A stretch of 64,000 nt of DNA from an uncultured Verrucomicrobiae bacterium (GTDB lineage Bacteria > Verrucomicrobiota > Verrucomicrobiia > Chthoniobacterales > UBA10450). Positions 1-11,246 of this stretch are shown here, piece after piece (position 1 is the first letter of the stretch; each line of letters opens with the position of its first letter). The notes below the pieces were generated by a model. It saw nothing but the letters and a program-made list of their open reading frames with translations, made no database searches and was not told the DNA's origin. The DNA lies in NCBI GenBank assembly GCA_963834385.1, contig CAWIBO010000002.1:512001-576000 (forward strand), in the 5' to 3' direction. The position numbers and the translations under genes were made by a program.

Positions 1-2194
1 GGCCTGGAACGCTTTGCGCGCGAGCCGCGCAATCTCAACCGGCTTATCTCCGGCAGTGAAGGCACGCTCTCCGCCATCTTCTCCGCGGAGGTGCGCATCG
101 TGCCGCTGCCGCGGGAGAAGGCGCTCGGCCTCGTTTTCTTCGCTTCGGTGGCGGAAGCGATGCAGGCCACGGTGGAAATTCTCGACCTGCAACCGGCGGC
201 GATTGAGCACATCGACCGTGTCTTGTTCGACCAGACCCGGGGCCAGTTGCATTTCCAGGCCGCGCGCGACCTGCTCGAGCTCGATGCCCGGCCCTGCGAG
301 GCAATCCTGATCGTCGAGTTCTACGATGACAACGTCGAGGAGCGCCTGGCGCAACTGGAGCAGCGCCAGCTTGGGCTCCGCCGCAAGACCCTGCGCGATC
401 CCGGCGAGATGAACCTGGTCTGGTCGCTGCGCAAATCAGGCCTGACCCTTCTCACCGGCATGGTGGGCGACGCCAAACCGGCGGCCTTCATCGAGGACGC
501 GGCTGTGCGCCCGGAAGACCTGCCCGCCTACGTGGCCGGTTTGCAGTCGATCATTGAACCACTTGGACTCGACTGCTGTTACTATGGGCACGCCGCCACC
601 GGCCTGCTCCACGTGCGGCCGGTGCTGAACCTGCACAACCGCGAAGACCTGGCCAAGTTCCGGCGCATCGCCGACGAGACCGCCGCCCTGGTGCGCCAGT
701 TCAAGGGGTCGCTCTCGGCCGAGCACGGCGTCGGCATCGCCCGCACGGAATACATGGCCGCGCAGGTGGGCGAAACGCTGCTCGACCTCATGCGCGAGAT
801 CAAACGGACTTTCGATCCGGCGAACCTGTTCAATCCCGGCAAAATGCTGGGGAACGGCGAATTCCGGATCGATCGGCACCTGCGCACGCATGCTTACCGC
901 GAGACCGGGCTGCCCTTCGAGCCGCGCCTGGCCTTTGCCTTCAAGGATCATTCGTTCGCGGGAAACCTGGAGCAGTGCAACGGCTGCGGCGGTTGTCGCA
1001 AGGACATGCCCACGATGTGCCCCACCTTTCTCGCCACGGGCGAGGAATACATGTCGACGCGCGGACGCGCCAATGCCATTCGCGCCGCGCTCGAGCTGCG
1101 CGTGGAAGGTCACGATCCGCTGCGCGCCCATGAACTCGAGGAAGCCCTCAACAATTGCCTGAGCTGCAAGGCCTGCACGGTGGAATGCCCGTCCAACGTC
1201 AATCTCGCCCTGCTCAAGGCCGAGCTGAACCATGCGCGCATCCGGCGCGATGGCCTGACCCTGCGCGAACGCCTCCTCAGCCACGTCGACCTGCTCGGCC
1301 GGCTCGGGACGTTCACCCCGCGTCTGGCCAATGCCGCGCTCGAGTTCGAGCCGCTCCGCGCCCTCATGGCGGCGACGCTGGGCCTGAGCGATCGCCGGCC
1401 GTTGCCGCCCTATGCGCGAGAGCGCTTTGATACCTGGTTTCGGCGCCGCCCCAAGCCCGCAGCCGCTTCCCGCGGCGAGATCATTCTCTGGGACGACACC
1501 TTTGTCCGCTATCACGAGCCCAACATCGGGCAGGCCGCCGTGCAGGTGCTCGAGGCGCTCGGCTATCGCGTCCTTTTGCCGCGCGGACGGAAATGCTGCG
1601 GGCGCCCGGCTTTCAGCCAGGGAAACCTTGATCACGCCGAGCATCTCGGCCGGCACAACCTGAAGCTGCTGGCGCAAAGCGCGCCGCCGGTGCCCGTGCT
1701 TTTTCTCGAACCTTCATGCTACTCGATGTTCGTGGAGGATTACCGGGAACTAAGTCTGCCCGGATTCGACCAGGTGGCGCCGCGCTGTTTTCTTTTCGAG
1801 CAATTCATCGACGACCTCCTGGGCCGCGAACCCGGGGCGCTTCGTTTTGTCCCCGGCGACGCAGAGCGTTTCCATTCACGCCCATTGTCACGCGAAGTCG
1901 CTCGTCAAGACAGGGTTCATGAAACGGCTGGCGGAACGGCTGCCCGGCCGCGAGGCGACCCTGCTTGATACCGGCTGCTGCGGCATGGCCGGCGCCTTTG
2001 GCGCGCTGGCATCGAAATATGAACTCTCCCTCGCGGTCGGGGCCGACCTGGTCAAAAAAATGGAAGACCAGCCGCCGGCCAGCGTGGTGGTGGCGTCCGG
2101 CACCAGTTGCCGCCACCAGATCGAACACATGACTCCGATCCACCCAAAACACATGGCCGAACTGCTGGCCGAAGCGCTACCCTCCCCCTCGTAA
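1..2194 (+). CDS. FAD-linked oxidase / Fe-S (CCG-domain) oxidoreductase, YdiJ/GlcDF-like fusion; 5'-partial; apparent +1 frameshift near 1851-1854
   Basis: Frame 1 is open from base 1 (..ISGSEGTL..). It has FAD-oxidase C-terminal motifs (GHAATGLLHVRP, SAEHGVG, FNPGK), 4Fe-4S motifs CNGCGGC and CLSCKACTVECP, and CCGRP. A second CCG domain (HAHCH..GCCGMAGAFG..SCRHQI) continues in ORF 1847..2194 after one extra C. Confidence 0.85.
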
Positions 2195-2232
2195 TCAGTG
2201 CTCGTGCTCGTAATCGTAATCACTCCCCCGCT

Positions 2233-2363
2233 CCCGATGCGCTGAGGAGAGCGCACGCTACAGGGTCACCCTCCTGCTCCTGCTCATGATCTTGCTCCTG
2301 ATCCTCCCCGCCTCCTTCCCCCAGCAATTTTCCCCGATGCGCTGAGGACAGCGCACGCTGCAG
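2233..2363. repeat. Two direct copies, 100 bp apart, of GTAG-type REP-like hairpin R1, with hexamer (ctc/atc-ntg-like) tandem repeats nearby
   Basis: cccgatgcgctgaggaSagcgcacgctRcag at 2233-2263 and 2333-2363; hexamers ctcctgctcctgctcatgatcttgctcctgatcc at 2271-2304. Confidence 0.8.
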
Positions 2364-2383
2364 CGCTTCCGCTCCTCCGCCGC

Positions 2384-4855
2384 TCACGGCTCCGACGCCA
2401 GCACGCAGCGAAAACCATAGATCACATCCCGCTCATCACGATCCACCACGTTGCGGTAGGAGACTTGCAGCTCGCCGCGACCGCTGTTGGCCCACGAGCC
2501 CCCGCGCAGCACCCCCCAGTCCCGGCTCTTCCCGCTGCCCTTGTAACCCTCCGCGCACCATTCCCAAACGTTCCCGGCAAGATCAAACAACCCATGCTCG
2601 TTCGCGGCGAAACTGCCCACCGGCGCCGTCTGCCCAAAACCGTCGCGAGCCGCCGGCGGACGCGCCCACGCCTGGTCGTTGAAATTGCCCACGCCGGCCG
2701 GCGGCGGCCACGCCTTGCCCCACGGGAAAATTCCTTTTATTTTGCCGTCGCGTTCCTCCGGCGTGCCCCCTTTTTCCTCCGTCAGACCGGCGGCCACGCT
2801 CCATTCCAGATCGGTCGGCAGCCGGTAACGCTGTGATTCTTCGATCAGCCTTTCGCGCAGCTCCTTCTGCGTCAGCCATTCACAAAAAGCCAGCGCGTCC
2901 GCGTGGCTGACTTTCACGACCGGATGATCAGGCGTCTGCGCAATGTCGAGCGTTGGCATCTCGCGCCCGGTCGCGACACAAAAAGCCTCGTAGTCGCGCA
3001 CCCGCGTTTCCCAGATGGAAAAACGAACGGCGCCTACGGTGACAAAGGTCATGCCGAGGCTGTTGCGCCAGGGCTGGCCCGGCTCGGGGCTGAGCAGTTG
3101 TTCGAGCCGGGCCGCGAGGAACGATTGCTCGTTCGGTGCGACCGTGCCTTCAATCGTCTCGGGACGAAAGCCGGGGAGGCGAACCTCGTAGCGCACCGTG
3201 CCCGGCTTCACTTCTTCGAGGAGCAGCGGCGTCCGGCCCAGCTCCGTTTCCCCGGCGTAGACCGCAGCGCCGCCCGGGGCGCTCGTGATCTTCACGCTGC
3301 CATGACTGAACTCAAAGGCGGCGGCGGTTTCGCCCCTCGGTTCCACCTTCACCTCTCTCTGCTGGGGCGGCCAGCCGGGCACGGTCGCCGTCAGCCGATG
3401 ATCTCCCGCGAGCGTTTCGAGCCGGAGCGGCGTCCGGCCCATCGCCCTGCCGTCGAGCGAAATTTCCGCGCCCGGCGGGTCGCTGGTCACGTTCAGCGCG
3501 CCCGCGCTGAAGACCACGCGCTTGCTCGAAAGCTGGTTGCGCACGATCTGCACCGGCTGCCTGAGCTCCCGCCCCTGGTCGACCACAGCGACCTCGTACT
3601 CCCCGGTCGGCAGATCGCTCAACGTGACCGGCGTCGTGCCCTCCCGCACCAGCGCGTCCCCCTGTCTCAAGACAAACGAGGCGCCAGCCGGGTCGCTTTC
3701 GAGGAGGAGCGAACCGTTGCTTCGCGTCAGCGCGATGGTGGGAAGCTGCTGATCCGTCCTGAGCTCGACCTTCCTTTCCACCGGCTCGAACCCGGCCAAC
3801 ATCACCCGCATCAAATATGTTCCCGGCTCGAGATCGGGGAAGGTCGCCGGGCTGTGCCTGACCTTGTCCCCCAGCATCACCATCGCGCCGGGTGGCGCGG
3901 TCGTGACCATCGCGGTGACCGGCCCCGGGGAAAGGTCCGGCGCAGCCCGAAAACTCCACCAGGCCCACCCGGCCATTCCCAGCAGAAGAAATAGCACCGT
4001 AAACGGCAGCAGCCGGCGCGGCCGACGGCGGAGCGGCGGACGCCCTTCCTGCAATCGCGCCAGATCATCGCGCAGGGCTTCCGCCGTCGCGTAGCGCTTC
4101 GCCTTGTCCGCGGCACACGCCTTCAGGAGCACTTCGTTCAACTGGATCAGCTCCACCTTGTCCGCGAGTGCGCCGAGGCCGGTCGCGACCGCGGGAAAAT
4201 CGAGCCGGTCTTTTCCCATGCTAATCTCGTAGAGCACTTTCCCGAGGCTGTAGACATCGGCCGTCGGCGTGCCCGGGCCTTCCGGCGGCACGTAACCCTC
4301 CGTCCCCACAAACGAGTTTTGTCCGCTCGCGGCGACCAACCCGATATCGGCCAGCTTTGGCCGGCCCTCGACGAAAATGATGTTGCTGGCCTTGATATCG
4401 CGGTGGCTCAGGCGATGCCGGTGCAATTCCACCAGCGCCGTGGCCACCGAGAGCCCGATCTCGATGCTTTCCTTCACCGGGATGCGTCCGCGCGCCAGCA
4501 GCTCGGCCCGCAGGGTTTTCGGCGCATAATCCTCCGGCGCGAACGGGCGGCGGCCCGAAACGTCGTCCGCCAGTTCCATGATGTAGTAGAAGAAGGTCGC
4601 GCTGCGGCCCACATGCAGGATATCGACGAAGCCGTCGTGCGAGCGCGAGATCGGCTCGAAGCTCGACATGCCCTCGAACTCGCGGTTGAAGGCACGATCG
4701 CTATCAAAGGTGCTCCGGTGCACCACTTTCACCGCGCGCAGCGAACCGATCAGGCTGCGCGCCAGCCAGATCTCGCCGTAGGAACCCCGCCCGATCACGC
4801 GCAGGACCTCGTGGTCCGGGATGATCGGCGGAGCGGGGGCGTCGACGTTTTGCAC
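2384..4855 (-). CDS. Ser/Thr protein kinase with TM helix, PEGA domains and a C-terminal FGE-sulfatase (SUMF1/EgtB/PvdO-like) domain
   Basis: Kinase motifs IGRGSYG, AVK, HRDIKASN, DIGL, GTEGYVPPE; hydrophobic segment; repeated S(D/A)PPGA PEGA units; GLFDLAGNVWEW..RGGSW..GFRCV. Confidence 0.9.
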   Translation of the reverse strand: MQNVDAPAPPIIPDHEVLRVIGRGSYGEIWLARSLIGSLRAVKVVHRSTFDSDRAFNREFEGMSSFEPISRSHDGFVDILHVGRSATFFYYIMELADDVSGRRPFAPEDYAPKTLRAELLARGRIPVKESIEIGLSVATALVELHRHRLSHRDIKASNIIFVEGRPKLADIGLVAASGQNSFVGTEGYVPPEGPGTPTADVYSLGKVLYEISMGKDRLDFPAVATGLGALADKVELIQLNEVLLKACAADKAKRYATAEALRDDLARLQEGRPPLRRRPRRLLPFTVLFLLLGMAGWAWWSFRAAPDLSPGPVTAMVTTAPPGAMVMLGDKVRHSPATFPDLEPGTYLMRVMLAGFEPVERKVELRTDQQLPTIALTRSNGSLLLESDPAGASFVLRQGDALVREGTTPVTLSDLPTGEYEVAVVDQGRELRQPVQIVRNQLSSKRVVFSAGALNVTSDPPGAEISLDGRAMGRTPLRLETLAGDHRLTATVPGWPPQQREVKVEPRGETAAAFEFSHGSVKITSAPGGAAVYAGETELGRTPLLLEEVKPGTVRYEVRLPGFRPETIEGTVAPNEQSFLAARLEQLLSPEPGQPWRNSLGMTFVTVGAVRFSIWETRVRDYEAFCVATGREMPTLDIAQTPDHPVVKVSHADALAFCEWLTQKELRERLIEESQRYRLPTDLEWSVAAGLTEEKGGTPEERDGKIKGIFPWGKAWPPPAGVGNFNDQAWARPPAARDGFGQTAPVGSFAANEHGLFDLAGNVWEWCAEGYKGSGKSRDWGVLRGGSWANSGRGELQVSYRNVVDRDERDVIYGFRCVLASEP

Positions 4856-4883
4856 GGGAAGTTGAATCGGCCACCGGGCGGCC

Positions 4884-5504
4884 CTAGCCGGGCGGCAATT
4901 CGAGCTTTTTCAATTCCTTTTTCAGCAAACCCCCCAGGCGGTGCTTCGCCAGGTAGACCTGCCCGAGGTTCACCCTCAGCTCCTTCGCCACCTTTTGCGC
5001 CGGCCACGCTTTCACCACGTAACAATCGAAGATCTGAAACTGTTTTGCGTCCGCCTGCCGCTTCACCCGCCCGAGCGCAGCCTCGAGCAAATGCTCCTGC
5101 CATTCCGTTTCCCAGGCCGCCTCGAGGTCGAACCCGGCCGGATCCGGCGCGCGCTCCAGCACCGCCGTTCGTCGGCTGTCGTCGGGGGCCGCCACCGCTC
5201 CCCCTTCCCGCGGCCGTTTCCGCACCTGATCGACAATGCGCCAGCGCGTCACCTGCAGGAGCCAGGCCTTGAACGAGCCCGCCGCCGGATCGTAGCGCAG
5301 ATTTTCCGCTTTCTTGGCCACAGTAATGAGGGTCTCCTGCACAACATCCTGCGCCTCGGCATCGCCCAGGCCCGCCTTGCGCGCGACGCCGTAGATCAGC
5401 CTCCAGTAGGTGTCGAAGAAATCCTGCCAGTTCTTCTCGTCCCGCCAGTCGCCCAGACGGTCGACAAGACTTCGGCGGGTCGCCAAAAGCTGATCACGCT
5501 GCAC
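4884..5504 (-). CDS. ECF (sigma-70 family) RNA polymerase sigma factor
   Basis: TRRSLVDRL..WQDFFDTYWRLIY..AQDVVQET..SFKAWL..C-terminal HTH VYLAKHR; GTG start inferred at 5504; lies directly upstream of the kinase. Confidence 0.88.
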   Translation of the reverse strand: MQRDQLLATRRSLVDRLGDWRDEKNWQDFFDTYWRLIYGVARKAGLGDAEAQDVVQETLITVAKKAENLRYDPAAGSFKAWLLQVTRWRIVDQVRKRPREGGAVAAPDDSRRTAVLERAPDPAGFDLEAAWETEWQEHLLEAALGRVKRQADAKQFQIFDCYVVKAWPAQKVAKELRVNLGQVYLAKHRLGGLLKKELKKLELPPG

Positions 5505-5587
5505 AACGGCCCTTATAGCGGAGGAGCGGCGACGGGGGAAAAGAAAGATCGCTGAAAGAATGGGCCGGCTCGCCCCGTATTCACGGA

Positions 5588-8500
5588 ATGTCATTCTTTC
5601 GCCGCCTGATCGTCACGAGCCTCGGCCATCTTTCCTGGGAACCGCCCCCATGGGGAAGCCAGCTGCGCCGGACCATCAGGCGGCATCGGCTTCGTTCCCT
5701 CCTCCTCGCGCTGCTCGTCTGCGCTCTGGCCGCCGGCGGCTGGGGCGGCTGGCGCTGGTATCAGTCCCGGCCCAGGCCCCAACGGGTCGCGATCACCGTG
5801 GCGCCGATCCCGGTGACAAAGCTCGCCCAGGATCTTCAGCCGGCACCTCTCCACCTTTCTTTCTCAGAATCCGCCATGCCCCTCGGGGCGCGCGAAAAAG
5901 ACGTCTCGGTGCAGCTCGAGCCGAAAACGGAGGGCAAATGGAGGTGGACCAGCGATCGGCAGCTCTCCTTTGTTCCCGCGCGCGACTGGCTCCCGGGAAC
6001 GCGCTACCGCGTCCGGCTTACGCCCGCCACGGTGGCCCCGCACATTCGGCTCGAGCGCGACGTCGTCGAGACAACCACGCCGGCGCTTTCCGGCAGGCTC
6101 ACGGAGATCGAGTTCTACCAGGACCTGACCAACCCGATCACAAAACAGGTCACGGCCACCCTGGAGTTCACCCATCCGGTTGACCGGGCGGGCGTCGAAA
6201 AGCGGCTGCGCCTGCACCTGATCGGGCGCGGGGTCGATCAGCCGTTTACCGTCACCTACGGGCTGCACGATCGCCTGGTTTATCTCCGCAGCGCGCCGCT
6301 CACCCTGCCGGAACGCGAAGATTTCATGAAACTCACGCTGGCCGCCGGCGTGCCCGACCGCGGAGGGAACAGCGCCACGGAGGGAGCGGTCGAGGGCAAG
6401 GTGCGCGTGCCGGACCTCTTCAGTTTCTTCAAGATCGAATCCGCCGCCGCGCAAATCGTCCGCACCAAAGAAGGGGAACCGCAGCAGATCCTGGTCATCA
6501 CCACCACGGCGCTCGCGCGCTCGGAGGAGATGGCCCGGGACCTGCGCCTGATGGCGCTGCCGGCACGTCCCGCCTCCCCGCACGAGGACGAGGGAGACGA
6601 GGCCGGTGACGACCCCGAGGAGGGCGGGGAGAACGCGCGCCGTTGGAAAAGCCCGCGTGAGATCGATGCCCAAACCCTGGCCCGCGCCACGGCGATCGAC
6701 CTCACCCCTGTTCCCTCCGCGGAAGAGGCTTCGAAGATTCACACCTTCCGCTTCCAGCACGAGCAGGAGGGCGATCTCTACGTGAAGATCAACCGCGGCG
6801 CGCGCGCCCTCGGCGACTTCCAGCTCGCCCGGGATTACGACGAGGTTCTGCCCGTGCCGCCGTTCCCCCGCGAGGTGATCATTCAGGGCGAAGGCGGAAT
6901 TCTCGCGCTATCAGGCGAGCGCAAAATCTCGATCCAATCGCGCGGGGTCGCGGCGATCGATTTCGAGATCGCCCGCGTCGGGGTCAACCAGATCAACCAC
7001 CTGGTCAGCCAGACGGAAGGCCGGTTCCAGCATCCGGACTTTGTCTCCGGGCTTTTCGACGAGGAAAACATCGCGCGCCTCATCTCCGAACGGCAGCCGG
7101 TCGCCCTGGCCAATCAGTTCCAGCTCAATTACTCGGCCTTCGATTTCAGCCCGCACCTGCAGCCCGGCGTGCACGAGCGCGGCCTCTTCTTCCTCAAGGT
7201 CCGCGGCTGGGACACCGCCCGGGACAAACCGATCAGGGGTTGCCAGGACGGCCGGTTCCTTCTCGTGACCGACCTTGGTTTGCTGGCGAAAAAGAACGCA
7301 GACGAAAGCCGCGAGGTTTTTGTGCTCTCGCTCAGGAAAGGAACGCCGCTGGCCGATGTGCAGATCGAGTTGCTGGGGAAGAACGGCATCCCGCTCGCCA
7401 CCGCCCGGACCGGGCCGGAGGGCCGGGTTTCGTTTCCGTCCACCCGGGGAATGGAACGCGAGCGCACGCCGGTCGCGTTCGTCGCGCGTCTCGGCGAGGA
7501 TGTCGCCTTTCTTCCCTACGACCGGTCCGACCGGCAGGTAAATCTCTCGCGCTTCGACATCGGGGGCGTGGAAAGCGTCTCCGGGGAAGAGCTTGATGCC
7601 TTTCTTTTCACCGAGCGCGGCGTTTATCGCCCGGGCGACAACGTTCATCTTGGTCTGATCGTGAAGCGGCGCGACTGGCTGCCCGCCCCGGCCGGCCTGC
7701 CGCTCGAGGTGGAAATCGTCGATCCGCGGGGCCAGGTCGTGCGGCTGGAAAAAATCACCCTGCCCGAGGCGGGCCTGACTGAGCTCGGGCACCAAACGGT
7801 TCATGCCTCGGCCTCCGGGATCCACACCGCCTCGGTTTACCTCGTCCAGCGCGGCCGGCGCCAGCTGCTCCTCGGCTCCACCGTCTTCCACGTGAAGGAA
7901 TTCCAACCTGACCGGATGAAAATCACCTCGACGCTTTCCGCCGACGCCTCCGGCGGCTGGATCGCGCCGGAAGGGGTGCAGACCCGCGTGGAGCTGCGCA
8001 ATCTTTACGGCACGGCCGCGCCGGCCCGGCGGATCACCGCGCGGATGGATCTCGCTCCCGCCGCTTTCCAGTTCAGGGAATTTCCCGGTTACGTCTTCTT
8101 CGACAACACCCGGGAACGCCCGGCACCGCGCTTCGAGACCGTCTCGCTCGGCGACACGAAAACCGACGACGCCGGGCAGGCCACGATCGATCTCGGCCTG
8201 GAGCGATTTGCCGACGCCACCTACTCGCTGGCTCTTCAGGTGGAAGGGTTCGAGGCGGACAACGGCCGCAGCGTGGCCACGACCAGCCGGGCGCTCGTCT
8301 CCTCGCTCGCCCATGTGGTCGGCTGCAAGCCGGATGGCGACGTGACCTACATCCGGGCGGATGAACCGCGCGCGTTGCACTTCGTGGCCCTCAATCGCCA
8401 GCTCCGCCAGATCGAGCTCGCCCCGCTCCAGCTCAATATTATCGAGCAGGTTTACGTTTCCGTCCTGCGCCGGCGCGACAACGGCAGCTTTGCCTACGAT

Positions 8501-11246
8501 TCCGTGCTCAAGGAACGCGCGGTCAGTTCCCAGGAATTCGGCATCCCCGCCACCGGCGCCACTTTTCCGCTGCCGACGGCGCGGCCGGGCAATTTCCTCG
8601 TCGAGCTGCGCGACGCCGCGGGCAGCCGGATCAGCCGCCTCGCCTTCAGCGTGGTCGGCCGCGGCGCCGTGGCCCGGTCATTAGAACGCAACGCCGAACT
8701 GGAGGTAAAACTGTCCCGCGAAAACTTCGCGGCCGGCGAAGAGATCGAGGTAAGCATCACCGCGCCCTACACCGGGAGCGGGTTGATCACGATTGAACGC
8801 GAGCGCGTCTATGCGCAGCAATGGTTCACCACCGACAAGACGAGTTCGCTCCAGCGCATCCGGATCCCGGCGGAATTCGAGGGCACCGGTTACGTCAATG
8901 TCTCGTTCGTGCGCGCGCTCGACTCGAAGGAGATTTTCATGAACCCGCTCTCCTGCGCGGTGGCGCCCTTCACGGCCAACCGCGAGCAACGGCAACTCGT
9001 CCTCGAGATTGCCGCCGACGCCCAGGTGCGGCCCGGACAGCCCCTCGCAATTCGTTACCGGACCGATCGTCCCGCGAAGATTGTTCTTTTCGCGGTGGAC
9101 GAGGGCATCCTGCAGGTGACCGATTTCAAGACGCCCGATCCGCTCGGCCATTTCTTTCGCAAGCAGGGCCTGCTCGTCGAGACCTCCCAGATTGTTGATT
9201 TGATCATGCCGGAGTTCTCCCTTCTCCGCGCCTCGGCCTTTGGCGGCGGCGATGGCGCCTCGCGGCACCTGAACCCTTTCCGGCGGGTGACGGAACAGCC
9301 GGTCGTCTTCTGGTCGGGCGTGGTCGAGGCCGACGCCACGGAACGGACCGTCACCTACGAGGTGCCGGATTATTTCAACGGCACCCTGCGTCTCATGGCC
9401 GTGGCCTATTCTCCCACCGCCACCGCCGCCGCCCAAAAGGACACGCTCGTGCGCGGGCCTTTCGTCGTCACTCCGGGTGTTCCGACGTTCGCCGCGCCGG
9501 GCGACCGCTTTGAAATCGGCGTCACCGTGGCGGCGGAGGAAGCCGCCGAGACCACCCTGGCTCTCACCACCTCGAAACACCTCGAGATTGTCTCGGACGC
9601 CTCCCGGCAGATGTCGCTCGCCCGGGGCGGCGAAGAAACGGTGCGCTTCATTCTGCGCGCGACCGACAAACCCGGCTCGGCCACCCTCACTTTTCGCGCC
9701 TCCACTGCCGCTGAGGAATCAACCGTACGCGCGACCATGAGTGTCCGTCCCGCGGTGCCGCTGACCACGCGGGTGCGCGGCGGAAGTTTCACCGGCGAAA
9801 CGAAGGACGTCCCGGTGACGCGCGAGCTCATGGCGGAAAACCGGCGGACGGAGGCGGCGCTCTCCGCCCTTCCCCTCGGGCTGGCACGCGGGCTCGACCA
9901 ATATCTCAGCGAATATCCCCACGGCTGCGCCGAGCAGGTCACCAGCGCAGCCTTTTGCCGGCTGGTTCTCCAGGATGAAGTCGATTTCGGACTGAATCGC
10001 AAGGAAGTCAGCGCCCAGCTCGAGCGGACCTTTAATCTCCTTCGCAGCCGCCAGAGCGACCAGGGCGGTTTCGGTTACTGGCGGGCGGAACGAAACCACG
10101 GCGTCGATTTTGTTTCCGTTTATGTGATGCACTTCCTGCTGGAGGCGAAAGCTGCCGGTTTCCCGCCGCCCGCGGACGTGTTCCGAAGCGGCCTCGGCCA
10201 TCTCGTGCGGATGGCGGCACTGGAGCCGCGCGATCTGCCCGAGGCGCGCACCGTCGCCTACGCCATCTGGCTCCTGACGCGTGAGAACGTCATCACCACC
10301 AATTACATCCTGAACCTGCGCGACACCCTCGAGCGCCGGTTCTCGCGGCAATGGGAGAAGGACCTTGCCGGCGTTTACCTCGCGGGCGCGCTCAGTCTCC
10401 TGCAGGAAACCGCGGCCGCGGAGAAACTGATCGCGGCCTATCGGATGCGATCCGAACCGGGCGCGCTGGATTCGGATTTTTACCAGTCGCTCGGCATGAA
10501 CGCGCAGTATGTCGCGGTCCTTGCCCGGCATTTCCCGGAACGGATGCGGGCGTTGACCCCGAAGGAACTGGAAAGCATCACCGCACCGATCGGTGAGGGA
10601 CACTTCAATACTCTCTCCGCCGCTTATGCGGTGGTGGCGCTGAAAGAATATTCGCGCCTGGTGGCGGCCCGCCCTCCTGCGCTTGCGCTCGCGGAGGTCA
10701 ACCGCGCCGGCGAGATCCGTTCCGCTGGCCGCGGAAGGGTCGCAGCTCAAGCGCGCGCCGTTTTCACCGGGCGCGGTCGCTCTTCGTTTTCGCGCGCAGA
10801 ACCATGGCCGCCCCTCCTACTTTCAAGTGGTGGAGACCGGTTACGACCGCGTGGTGCCCCCGGATTCTGCGGTGAACGGAATTGAGATCACCCGCGAAAT
10901 GCCTGCAACCGCCCGGCTCGGCGACCCAATCACGGTCCGGATCCATCTGCGCAGCCTCGACCGCGCCATGGTGACCAATGCCGCCCTGGTGCATCTTCTC
11001 CCCGGCGGATTCGAAGTGGTGGAAGGATCGCTGCGCGCTGATCTCGCCGGGTGCGAGCATGTGGAGTTGCGAGAGGATCGGGCGGTCCTCTTCACCGCGG
11101 TCGGGCGGTCCGCCCGGACGATCACCTTCCAGATCAAGGCAACCTGCCGGGGCGAATTCGTCGTGCCGCCCGCGCTCGTGGAATCGATGTATGAACCGGG
11201 CGTGCACGGCCGCAGCTCCGCCGGAAAGATTGTGGTCACGGAATGA
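5588..11246 (+). CDS. Bacterial alpha-2-macroglobulin (YfhM-like); apparent +1 frameshift near 10716-10722
   Basis: FTERGVYRPGD, AVDEGILQ, thioester YPHGCAEQ; the C-terminal domain (LLPGGFEV..PPALVESMYEP) is in ORF 10683..11246; precedes pbpC. Confidence 0.9.
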
